The notes below the pieces were generated by a model. That model did not search any database and had not been told where the DNA came from. It saw nothing but the letters and a program-made list of their open reading frames with translations. A stretch of DNA of 59,880 bases, from positions 1 to 59,880 of IMG/VR virus record IMGVR_UViG_3300030419_004277. One strand, 5' to 3'. This document shows, one piece after another, positions 18,057-26,171 of this stretch (its first letter is position 1; each line of letters begins with the position of its first letter). The stretch comes from a virus. Lineage: Duplodnaviria > Caudoviricetes. Position numbers and translations under genes: made by a program.

Positions 18057-18185
18057 TTAGTCAAATATTTTCATACACCTTAGAAATCTTTTAATAACCC
18101 TTTCAATGATATGTGGTTTATCGTAATTTCTAGCAATCATGAGAATAGCCTGACTCCGCACAGCAGATTCTTCTCTTTCGCTCAT
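18057..18185 (-). CDS. small hypothetical protein (not in ORF track)
   Basis: MSEREESAVRSQAILMIARNYDKPHIIERVIKRFLRCMKIFD; GAGGAG RBS. Confidence 0.55.
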   Translation of the reverse strand: MSEREESAVRSQAILMIARNYDKPHIIERVIKRFLRCMKIFD

Positions 18186-18188
18186 TAT

Positions 18189-18686
18189 TTACTCCTCTGA
18201 TGGTTTATCAACTAAATCTTCTTTTTTAGCCGCTTTTTCTGTTTCAATTTCTTTTACAAAAGCTTTCTTTTTCTCGCCGTGATATTCGTAAGCGTGTCCC
18301 TCAGCCATAAGTATGCCATTCACGCTAATCAATCCTTCTTTGGTTTGATTTACACCATAATACTTTGCCTCAGACTCCATAATACCTACTGACTTTGGCT
18401 CTACAAATATCTCACCAAGAACTCTACCAAATTTACCTGTGCCATAAGATACAATCTTAAATATACCAGCCTCTAACAACTCTTTGTTACGAGCCTTAGC
18501 AGCAAGTCCTTTGACTTTCTCTTCTTTATCTCTTGTCCTTGATTCCCAGGTGTCAATTCCCATGTACCTAATTCTTTTTTTAATTTTTAAATCGAAACCC
18601 AAATCAATCCAACAATCAATTGTGTCCCCATCTAAAACTTTAATTAATGTTCCGTTATATTCAAACGAAGCTGGTTTTTTAGCCAT
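18189..18686 (-). CDS. thermonuclease (SNase) family nuclease
   Basis: VLDGDTID, RIRYMGIDTWE, GKFGRVLG, EGHA. Confidence 0.88.
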   Translation of the reverse strand: MAKKPASFEYNGTLIKVLDGDTIDCWIDLGFDLKIKKRIRYMGIDTWESRTRDKEEKVKGLAAKARNKELLEAGIFKIVSYGTGKFGRVLGEIFVEPKSVGIMESEAKYYGVNQTKEGLISVNGILMAEGHAYEYHGEKKKAFVKEIETEKAAKKEDLVDKPSEE

Positions 18687-18689
18687 TTT

Positions 18690-18971
18690 TTATCTCCAAA
18701 GGTTTTTATCTTGTTTTAACTTACAGACATATTCTAACAATCTTCCACACACCTCACAAGAGACAGGTGTAATTTTTTCGGTGTTAGAATAAATTCTTAA
18801 TTGTTCTTCTATGTAATCCTCTATAAGTTTCCAATCGTGTTTACTTTTTACATTTAAAATGTCACGGCTCGTATCCAATCCACAACAAGATGTAAAATCT
18901 TTATCACTCTCTCTTTTCGGTCTATCTTTGTATTTAAAATAGTCCCTATCTAGAGGCTTATTGCCTTTCAA
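18690..18971 (-). CDS. Cys-rich hypothetical protein
   Basis: SCCG...CEVCG. Confidence 0.55.
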   Translation of the reverse strand: MKGNKPLDRDYFKYKDRPKRESDKDFTSCCGLDTSRDILNVKSKHDWKLIEDYIEEQLRIYSNTEKITPVSCEVCGRLLEYVCKLKQDKNLWR

Positions 18972-19380
18972 TTTTCTTACTCAACTTCTTCTTCGCTTTT
19001 CTTAAAACTTCTTTCTTTTTGTTATGTCTATCAAGAAGTATTTGCTCTTTACTTCTTCTTTTTGTTTTCTTTTTAGGTTTTATTTTAGTAGGTGGGAGTG
19101 TGCCTTTCAATTTAGGTTGTTCTACACCTTTATGAAACACATTACCATTTACATCTACAAACTCTACCATAAAATGCCAACCCGCAGGTCTACCTGTAGA
19201 TTTTCTTTTAGGTTTATCTTCGTGTAACTCAGGAAAATTAATCATTATTTTTCTATTTACACAAGTTGGACAGGTTACTGATACAGCAGTTTCTCCTACT
19301 GATATATAGTTACCACATGAACACATCATATAACGAACTCCTTTTTCTTCATATGTTGGTGATTGTTGTTTTCTTTTCAT
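18958..19380 (-). CDS. Zn-ribbon basic phage protein
   Basis: CSC...CPTC, GRPAGWHFM.EFVD.NGNVFHKG. Confidence 0.7.
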   Translation of the reverse strand: MKRKQQSPTYEEKGVRYMMCSCGNYISVGETAVSVTCPTCVNRKIMINFPELHEDKPKRKSTGRPAGWHFMVEFVDVNGNVFHKGVEQPKLKGTLPPTKIKPKKKTKRRSKEQILLDRHNKKKEVLRKAKKKLSKKIERQ

Positions 19381-19391
19381 TATGTTAACTT

Positions 19392-19421
19392 AATATAGTC
19401 ATATATAACTATATAAGTCAA
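19392..19421 (-). promoter_or_regulatory. sigma70-type promoter TTGACT-N18-TATATT
   Basis: repeated tgcTTGACTtata motif. Confidence 0.65.
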
Positions 19422-19439
19422 GCATTAAATCTCATAATT

Positions 19440-19604
19440 TTATACATCTATTGTTTTCATACAGACATATAGTTTGTTATCTTTTTGTAAAATCGTGTCG
19501 GCCAATGTCCATTGTGATTTTAATTCATCACTATTATAATGGGTATCAGCCGACACAATGCCGAGAACGATGTAACCGTTATCACCTATGGTGATAAGTT
19601 TCAC
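19440..19604 (-). CDS. small hypothetical protein coupled to hsp20 (not in ORF track)
   Basis: GTG start overlaps the hsp20 TGA; 54 aa MKLITIGDNGYIVLGIVSAD...LYVCMKTIDV. Confidence 0.5.
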   Translation of the reverse strand: MKLITIGDNGYIVLGIVSADTHYNSDELKSQWTLADTILQKDNKLYVCMKTIDV

Positions 19605-20077
19605 CCGATTTTAACTGAGTGTTTTTTTGGCTTGGCAGGCTCTATTTTTGGAATTTCTATAGATAAAACCCCATCTTTGAAATTAGCTTTGATGTCATTA
19701 CCATCAAGCATCTCACCTAAAGTGAAAGACCTTTTAAAAGAAGATTGTTTCAATTCTCTACGAAGCACTTTAGCCTTCGCATCATCCCAAACACTATGTT
19801 TGTCGCCTGAAATGGTTAACACACTATCTTCTACTTCCACATTAAGTTGTTTTTTTGATAGACCTGGAATCTCAGCAACAATACCAATTTTATCATCGTA
19901 TTCGTATACATTGACTTTTGGATATGCTGAACCTTGGTAGGGTTTGACACCGACTTGTTTAACCACCTCAGGAAACTGACTTTCCACAAGATTATCAAAC
20001 ATCTTATCAAATGGCGTTAAAAACTCATCCCTATCTAGTAAAGGGAAATTAGCTGTGTGAAGCATTAATTTTGTCAT
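19601..20077 (-). CDS. Hsp20/alpha-crystallin small heat-shock protein
   Basis: PKVNVYE, AEIPGL, LTISG, FKRSFTL, ANFKDGVLSIEIPK. Confidence 0.93.
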   Translation of the reverse strand: MTKLMLHTANFPLLDRDEFLTPFDKMFDNLVESQFPEVVKQVGVKPYQGSAYPKVNVYEYDDKIGIVAEIPGLSKKQLNVEVEDSVLTISGDKHSVWDDAKAKVLRRELKQSSFKRSFTLGEMLDGNDIKANFKDGVLSIEIPKIEPAKPKKHSVKIG

Positions 20078-20147
20078 TTGTTTCTCCTATGTTATTCATT
20101 TGAACTAACTACATCCCACTTTGTGGCGATGTTCTTGATATAATATT

Positions 20148-20190
20148 TACAATATCTATACCAAATCTTTATTTATGACAAAATGTCATA
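20148..20190 (-). promoter_or_regulatory. sigma54-like -24/-12 element plus palindrome upstream of hsp20
   Basis: minus strand TGGTATAGATATTGTA (20148-20163); TATGACA-N3-TGTCATA (20174-20190). Confidence 0.55.
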
Positions 20191-20202
20191 TAACTTTAAT
20201 TA

Positions 20203-20466
20203 TTAAAATTTGTCTATGTCAGGATTAGTGTGTTCGTCTTTCCACCACTTATATTTTAACTTGCCCATCTGTCTGTTTTGTAAAGTGGTTTGGAATTTTG
20301 TTTCATATTCTTTTTCACTCATCACTTCCCATAACTTGTCAAATTCTTCCTCTTTTACCCTCTTTCTACCAACAAAATACATCTTAGCAGAATTTTTACC
20401 ATAATCAGAATGTAAATCGGTTCTACTAACAATATTATCATACTTATCAACAAGAAACCATTTCAT
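20203..20466 (-). CDS. hypothetical protein
   Basis: 87 aa with AGGAG RBS. Confidence 0.65.
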   Translation of the reverse strand: MKWFLVDKYDNIVSRTDLHSDYGKNSAKMYFVGRKRVKEEEFDKLWEVMSEKEYETKFQTTLQNRQMGKLKYKWWKDEHTNPDIDKF

Positions 20467-20476
20467 AACTTATCTC

Positions 20477-20896
20477 CTACTCATTATCAACTACTTTCAC
20501 TTTTACTGAGTTTAAAAAATTATGACCACAATCATCTGTGTAAGTGCCGTAAATAGTAATTGTCTCACCAATAAATTCTTCCCAAACAGCAAAAACAATT
20601 TTGCCATTACCATCTTCATCTGTCATACTTGCTGGATTAACCAAACTTGTCCACTCACCACTAATTTGTATTTGCCAATCAGAGTCCCATTTTATATGTT
20701 GATTAACACCACACTCGGTTGTACAACTCAACACAGAATAAGTTTGTGCTAAATCTTGATTGTACTCTATTTCATAAACTCCATTAAATTTTGGTAAATC
20801 GGATGATATTTCAAACGAACAATCGCAATCCTCAGGCATCATTGTGTTTGAACATCCAATAACAAATAACCATGTTAATAAAAATAACCTTTTCAT
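20477..20896 (-). CDS. lipoprotein
   Basis: MKRLFLLTWLFVIG-C lipobox. Confidence 0.7.
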   Translation of the reverse strand: MKRLFLLTWLFVIGCSNTMMPEDCDCSFEISSDLPKFNGVYEIEYNQDLAQTYSVLSCTTECGVNQHIKWDSDWQIQISGEWTSLVNPASMTDEDGNGKIVFAVWEEFIGETITIYGTYTDDCGHNFLNSVKVKVVDNE

Positions 20897-20898
20897 TT

Positions 20899-21114
20899 TT
20901 ACTCCTTTTCTATTTCTATATCTTTCATTTTAATGATTTTTATTTTGGTTTCCTCTAACCAACTAATCCATTCATCAATTTGTGTAATGATTTTCATCTT
21001 ATCTACATCGTGGTCTTCATTATCAAGTATTTTATCAACCCATTTTTTAATCATAGCAAGATAACCTGATAACCAAGTAGCAATCTCTTTTCTCTCTGTT
21101 GTCCATACACTCAT
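20899..21114 (-). CDS. hypothetical protein
   Basis: likely start MSVWTTERK after AGGAG and the promoter at 21128-21157. Confidence 0.65.
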   Translation of the reverse strand: MSVWTTERKEIATWLSGYLAMIKKWVDKILDNEDHDVDKMKIITQIDEWISWLEETKIKIIKMKDIEIEKE

Positions 21115-21127
21115 AATGTTACTCCTA

Positions 21128-21157
21128 AAGCTAACTAACATTACCTATATTAGTCAA
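21128..21157 (-). promoter_or_regulatory. sigma70-type promoter TTGACT-N18-TAGCTT
   Basis: repeated motif. Confidence 0.75.
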
Positions 21158-21283
21158 GCACTTTATAAACTAATTTATAGTTTATTTGTTGTGAAGAGGT
21201 TTTCACCCACTTCTTTATGAACGGAGTAAAGGATTGTGTCGCTGAGTTTTTTATTTTATATTTCATTTTCTTACCTATAAATA

Positions 21284-21874
21284 TCAAAAAGTGTACTCTA
21301 AACCAACCTTACCCTTGTAAAATTGTTTTGCTTGTAGTTTAGAGACTTCTCCCAAATTATACAACCTTATTTTATCAGTTAGTTTCCAAGATACTTTAAA
21401 TTTGTCTTCAAATTCAAATGTAGTATTTTCACCATTTTCGTCTGGTGGTAAGTAACCATCAAAAGATACCTCAACCTCAACCTTACCATCTTTATATGTT
21501 TTCTTTTTGATGATACCTATGGAGGCAAAAGTTTTAAATTTTAAACTAAATACATCGTCTTCATTATTACGGCTAGTGAATCCCCAACTTATACCTCTCC
21601 ATTTTTTTCGCCAGTCTATTTTCAAATACTTAACATTTTGACTCTCTTTATTCATATATTCTGGTTTAAAATATAAATCATTATCATACTTCAACCAAAT
21701 TAAATCGTCAAGATAGTATTCACCAAGTTCTCGTTCCCATTGTCGATTAATATAAAAGTTGTTATGACTTAGACCAACACTAACTTCATAATCATCAGGA
21801 TTTGGTTGAACATTAGGTGTTCTAACAGCAAATGAGTTGAAAAACATTACGCCTACTAACAAACTGTCTAGCAT
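21284..21874 (-). CDS. putative outer-membrane beta-barrel protein
   Basis: hydrophobic N-terminus, alternating aromatic strands, C-terminal YKGKVGLEYTF beta-signal-like end. Confidence 0.55.
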   Translation of the reverse strand: MLDSLLVGVMFFNSFAVRTPNVQPNPDDYEVSVGLSHNNFYINRQWERELGEYYLDDLIWLKYDNDLYFKPEYMNKESQNVKYLKIDWRKKWRGISWGFTSRNNEDDVFSLKFKTFASIGIIKKKTYKDGKVEVEVSFDGYLPPDENGENTTFEFEDKFKVSWKLTDKIRLYNLGEVSKLQAKQFYKGKVGLEYTF

Positions 21875-22123
21875 TTATTTCTCCTTATCTTTGACATATT
21901 TTACAGAGTAAGATGACTTCCATTTTTTGGTGTTTTTGTTTCTAATTTTAGTAACAACTATTTTTTCCCATTTTTTGTGCAACATACAAAATTGAGTTAA
22001 TTTTTCATTGTCTAATGGCAAAAATAATTCGTCCAAGTTATCTTGATATTGATGCATCGTGTCATCGATAGCTTTAACAGAATAAAGATTAGCCTGAATT
22101 AGAAGAAAAACCAGATAAATCAT
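21875..22123 (-). CDS. small secreted/membrane protein
   Basis: hydrophobic N-terminus, 82 aa. Confidence 0.5.
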   Translation of the reverse strand: MIYLVFLLIQANLYSVKAIDDTMHQYQDNLDELFLPLDNEKLTQFCMLHKKWEKIVVTKIRNKNTKKWKSSYSVKYVKDKEK

Positions 22124-22257
22124 TTTTTTCTTCTTTGGTCTAACCTTTTTTCATTTTTACGCTTTCTTGGTTTCTTAATCCTTCGGTCATCACCACTTCT
22201 TTTATCAACGCCAATCCATCGTTTTAATGTTTCAATTGCTTTAATAAATTTACTCAT
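22120..22257 (-). CDS. small basic protein (not in ORF track)
   Basis: 45 aa MSKFIKAIETLKRWIGVDKRSGDDRR...; AGGAG RBS. Confidence 0.5.
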   Translation of the reverse strand: MSKFIKAIETLKRWIGVDKRSGDDRRIKKPRKRKNEKRLDQRRKK

Positions 22258-22470
22258 TTATTTACTCCTAGTTGTTTTATCGATTTCTGACAGGTCAATT
22301 TCATAAGGACCACCATTCTTATCTATCTTACAAGCATTAGTGCTGTAAACTTGTCTCTTACTTGAACCTGTTGTATTAAATATCTTTTCCCACCTTTTAT
22401 CCCATTCTTTAGGTGAAATATTTCTTCTTAATTTATCTCCCTTTCCTGCATCGCTATATTTATTTTTCAT
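22258..22470 (-). CDS. hypothetical protein
   Basis: likely start MKNKYSDAGKGDKLR at an ATGA overlap. Confidence 0.6.
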   Translation of the reverse strand: MKNKYSDAGKGDKLRRNISPKEWDKRWEKIFNTTGSSKRQVYSTNACKIDKNGGPYEIDLSEIDKTTRSK

Positions 22471-22625
22471 AAATTCCAGCCCATAATAACAAAATGAAAA
22501 TAAGTATAACCAAAAACAATCCACAAAAACATTTTGAAATTTTCCCATTTAACATCTGAGTCTGTTGCCCTTGCTTTATCGTGTGCATCTCTTATAATTT
22601 TTTGACCTAACCAATTTCTAGCCAT
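22467..22625 (-). CDS. small membrane protein (not in ORF track)
   Basis: 52 aa MARNWLGQK...FLWIVFGYTYFHFVIMGWNL; AGGAG RBS. Confidence 0.55.
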   Translation of the reverse strand: MARNWLGQKIIRDAHDKARATDSDVKWENFKMFLWIVFGYTYFHFVIMGWNL

Positions 22626-23174
22626 TTAGTCTCCTAATAACTTAGAACCCATTTTCGAGTTTTTTATTTTATTCAAATCACTTTTTATATCGGCTAAACC
22701 AACTTCTATTTTTTTAATCTTTTTGTTAAAGTTATTATTTATCTTATCTAAATCAGCTGATAACTCTTCAATTAAGTCATATTGATCGTCATCATCGTGT
22801 TTACTTGCACCTAACCTAAAATCATTTTGAACTGTGTAAGCTTTATACTCCTCTAAAGTTACCATATCACCTAATTTTTTGTTAAGTTTTTGTTGTTGAT
22901 TTAGTATATCTATTAGAGCATTATCTAACTCTTGACCACTCTCTATAATTTTACCAAGTCTACTCATATTATCTAACATATCATTTAATTGTTTTATATA
23001 AGAACGAACTGTGTTAGGATCTGACACTTCTACAAACGCAGAAACTTTATCATCTGTTTCTTTATATTTTACATCCCATTTAGCCGTTTGCTCTTCAACT
23101 TTTGTAACGCCAAGGTATAAACCACCTACAAAACAAAATAAACACCCTAGTGAAATAATTATCATATTTTTCAT
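22626..23174 (-). CDS. membrane-anchored coiled-coil protein
   Basis: N-terminal TM helix, heptad repeats. Confidence 0.65.
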   Translation of the reverse strand: MKNMIIISLGCLFCFVGGLYLGVTKVEEQTAKWDVKYKETDDKVSAFVEVSDPNTVRSYIKQLNDMLDNMSRLGKIIESGQELDNALIDILNQQQKLNKKLGDMVTLEEYKAYTVQNDFRLGASKHDDDDQYDLIEELSADLDKINNNFNKKIKKIEVGLADIKSDLNKIKNSKMGSKLLGD

Positions 23175-23182
23175 AATTTACC

Positions 23183-24304
23183 TTACTTTAATATTGTTAT
23201 CTTTACAGCATCATTATCATTTATGATGTAATAAATACCAGCAGGTAAATTGCCTGTATTCCAAACATATTTACCCTCTAAGTCGAATTGTTTTATTAAT
23301 CTACCAGTAATATCATAAATAATTGTATAGCCGTTGCCAAAAATACTCACATTATTATTTGATGGGTTAGGAAAAGCAATAACTTTAGATTCACTCAATA
23401 ATGAGTATTGTTTTGTTAACCGCTCAAATTCTGATGGTGATACTATTGATTCAAGGTATCTAATAGCTCGTTGTTGATTTCCACCTATAACCTGTTGTAA
23501 TAAAAAAATAACATCTAAAACATTTATTGTACCGTCATCATTAATATCCGCACTTTCTATTGAACACTCATTATTAGCATAACCTAACACTAAATCTACT
23601 AACATCAATATGTCAAATAAATTAACAAAATTATCACCATTTAAGTTACCTACATAAAAAGAAATGTTATCACAAGGATCACAATAATCACCAATGCCGT
23701 CTAAATCATAATCCTCTTGGTTAGGATTGTATTCCTCTACACAATTATCAACATCATCTAATACACCATCCTCATCCATATCTAATATTAGCGTAGATAA
23801 ACCTGTTTCTATTGCCGTAATTATAGCACTTTGATTAAAACCAGATTGGGAATATATAACTTGACCAGCACCATTAATAACGATATTATGTGGCACATAT
23901 CCAACACCAAATAAAGAATAGATATTACTACCATTATTATCATCTAAAACCGGTAATGTTTGACCAAATGATGTCGCCCATCCCTCACAACTGTAAGGTT
24001 GATTCCAATCCATACCTGCTGTAACTACTTCCACTCTTTGTCCTAAATACTCTTGATAAATATACTCAATGATCGGAGCCTCCGATTGACAAGGTCCTCA
24101 CCAAGTTGCGAATGAAGCTATGAATACAACTTTGTTATGTCCAACAGAATCATAAGACCAATAACCATCGCCGTTGTAACATATTTCCGCACCAAAATCT
24201 TCTACAAAATCACCCTCAACATATGTTTGTGCTAAAACTAAATCTGATAAACCAGAAAACAAAATGAACCCAATCATCCAATATAATATTTTTTTGATTA
24301 TCAA
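23183..24304 (-). CDS. secreted thioredoxin-fold (TlpA/AhpC-TSA) selenoprotein, UxxC, with TSP3, dockerin and T9SS-like C-terminal domains; in-frame TGA at 24098-24100
   Basis: ORFs 24098..24304 and 23183..24034 are in frame and joined by 21 sense codons: VVFIASFATW-U-GPCQSEAPIIEYIYQEYLGQRVEVVTAG; DxDxDG..D..DNC repeats; GNLNGD/ADINDDG dockerin pair; FPNP...IYDITGR...LPAGIY...KITILK. Confidence 0.9.
24066..24089 (-). promoter_or_regulatory. putative bacterial SECIS hairpin
   Basis: UCA-AUCGGA-GGC-UCCGAU-CAU-UGA; loop G 17 nt 3' of the UGA. Confidence 0.75.
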
Positions 24305-24408
24305 AATATTCTCCTTATTAAATTAATTAACAGATACCAAAGTGTAAATGAAGTCGTGGGTAACAAAATTACCCAAACAAATAAATTAAACCAGTCTATT
24401 TTTCTCAC
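24301..24408 (-). CDS. small membrane peptide (not in ORF track)
   Basis: 35 aa MRKIDWFNLFVWVILLPTTSFTLWYLLINLIRRIF; overlaps both neighbours. Confidence 0.4.
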   Translation of the reverse strand: MRKIDWFNLFVWVILLPTTSFTLWYLLINLIRRIF

Positions 24409-25028
24409 TCCATTACCCATCCTTGATTTAACAGGTTATGTGCCTTTTTGTATTTTAATACTTTAACAGCATCACCTCTTTTAATCGTTACTAACTGATT
24501 TCTACCTATTTTCTTTTCCACTTTAACAGTTGTTTCTCGTTTTCTATCTTGAACAGTTTTACCATTCAAGTGATCTATTTCATGTTGAATACAAACAGAC
24601 TCAAGTAATCTTTGTTCTTGGTCGTGTTTAGACGAAACTTCCCAAGTGCCTTTGGTATCTTTTGAAGACTCAGCTCCACTAAAATACCATTTTGATTCTT
24701 CTTGCTCTGTACTTATAATTATATCCCTATACCTTTTTGTGGATACTGCTCTGCCAGGAAAAGATAAACAACCTTCATAATAATTAACCTCATTTTCCTT
24801 TGATATAATCTTCGGATTGATGAGAACCAAAGGTTTACGAACATTGACAACGGCCACTTGTGCATCAATTCCCACTTGATTAGCTGCCAACCCAATACCG
24901 TCCCCTCTTTTGTTAAGTATTTGAAATAGTTCTGTCGCGATAACCAATCCTTCTTCAACTGTAACCTCACGAAGTTTTTTGTTAATGATAGGGTTGTGTT
25001 CTTTTATACAATTTATTACTTTCTTCAT
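24405..25028 (-). CDS. def: peptide deformylase
   Basis: GIGLAANQVG, EGCLS, QHEIDHLNG. Confidence 0.95.
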   Translation of the reverse strand: MKKVINCIKEHNPIINKKLREVTVEEGLVIATELFQILNKRGDGIGLAANQVGIDAQVAVVNVRKPLVLINPKIISKENEVNYYEGCLSFPGRAVSTKRYRDIIISTEQEESKWYFSGAESSKDTKGTWEVSSKHDQEQRLLESVCIQHEIDHLNGKTVQDRKRETTVKVEKKIGRNQLVTIKRGDAVKVLKYKKAHNLLNQGWVME

Positions 25029-25059
25029 TCCTATAAATTACGAAGAAATAATCAATTTG

Positions 25060-25230
25060 TCAAGGTATTTTTTTTATAATATGGGATGGTATTACATAAA
25101 CAGTACCTGTACCAGTAACTATTCTGGTGAATCCCTCAGCAGCCTGTCCCTCAATAACAACTTTCTCTCCACGATGAAGAGCACCTTTGTCATTATAAAA
25201 GTCTTTAATTAATATTGCTTTTTGTTTCAT
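25060..25230 (-). CDS. small SH3-like hypothetical protein (not in ORF track)
   Basis: 56 aa MKQKAILIKDFYNDKGALHRGEKVVIEG...VYVIPSHIIKKIP. Confidence 0.55.
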   Translation of the reverse strand: MKQKAILIKDFYNDKGALHRGEKVVIEGQAAEGFTRIVTGTGTVYVIPSHIIKKIP

Positions 25231-25766
25231 TTATAAAACCTCTCTGATGAAGGCATATGACCATTGTGTGATAGAAAACAATTCGGGCATAACAATCTAA
25301 GATTATCAAGATGATTGTTAGTAACATCACCATCTATATAATCTAATCGAAGAGCAACTGAGTCTTTGCCTATTACCATTTCATTATATCCACAAGAGCT
25401 ACACTCCTCTTCAACCCATTTTTCTTTTATAAGTCTTCTTTTAATATACCCAGCTCTCATTCGATATTTCTTACTTCCATCTAGTATTTGGTCAAGTGAT
25501 TTTATCCACCTTCCATAACCTTTTTTTATTCCCACACCTGCTGGATTCAGGTGTTTTTCAAATAAACCGTATATTCTAGCGTACTTACGATAAGTTAAAT
25601 AGCTTACACCAAGCCATCTCGCAGCTGCCATATTTGATTTAGTTTGTGATTGAGCATCTTCAATCATTTTTTTAGTTACGACTAAACGATGTCCTTTGAT
25701 TCGTATTGGTTTTTGAAAATTACGACTTGACATAAATTTTTTCGTTAGGATCAAATTGTATTTCAA
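25227..25766 (-). CDS. HNH-like endonuclease with N-terminal HTH-like region
   Basis: CSSCG...LDYIDGD..NN.LDNLRLLCPNC; start may be 25733. Confidence 0.75.
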   Translation of the reverse strand: MKYNLILTKKFMSSRNFQKPIRIKGHRLVVTKKMIEDAQSQTKSNMAAARWLGVSYLTYRKYARIYGLFEKHLNPAGVGIKKGYGRWIKSLDQILDGSKKYRMRAGYIKRRLIKEKWVEEECSSCGYNEMVIGKDSVALRLDYIDGDVTNNHLDNLRLLCPNCFLSHNGHMPSSERFYK

Positions 25767-25941
25767 CTCCCTCTTTCAAATCAAGAGCAAAGTTATCATT
25801 TGTTTTTCTATATATTTTTGAGTCATTATTCATGAATAAACGAAAAACTTCACCAGGATTTATTTCAGAGAATCTATCCTCATCAAACTCACTACCCACA
25901 CTCGGTGGATCGTATCTATCTTTAGCGTGATCATTTGCCAT
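25720..25941 (-). CDS. hypothetical protein
   Basis: 73 aa ORF. Confidence 0.6.
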   Translation of the reverse strand: MANDHAKDRYDPPSVGSEFDEDRFSEINPGEVFRLFMNNDSKIYRKTNDNFALDLKEGVEIQFDPNEKIYVKS

Positions 25942-25943
25942 AA

Positions 25944-26171
25944 TTAATCAACCACCCTTTCAGAGTCCTGTAAGTCTCTTATTGTTTTTGAAATATATTC
26001 AAAATTTTCAGATATTAAATCAAATGGATTTACCTCTGAATAACTAACCTTAGCAGCCCTATTCTTTTTATAAAGTGAAACATTCAATTTATTATAGGCA
26101 TCGTCCATAGCTGCTCTAATTTTTTTTAGTTCTACGCTGGCATCATTACTTATTTTCATTTTTGTCTCCAA
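25944..26171 (-). CDS. hypothetical protein
   Basis: 75 aa ORF. Confidence 0.55.
   Translation of the reverse strand: METKMKISNDASVELKKIRAAMDDAYNKLNVSLYKKNRAAKVSYSEVNPFDLISENFEYISKTIRDLQDSERVVD

Noticed and set aside
19426-19442. Possible stop read-through at the end of the small ORF after hsp20 (GTA TAA AAT TAT GAG ATT TAA)
   Set aside because: It would add only five residues and there is no supporting signal.
24098-24304. Pseudogene or two separate genes at the thioredoxin-like locus
   Set aside because: The stop sits exactly at the redox Cys position, the frame is intact, a SECIS-like hairpin follows, and the downstream GTG start would cut the fold in half.
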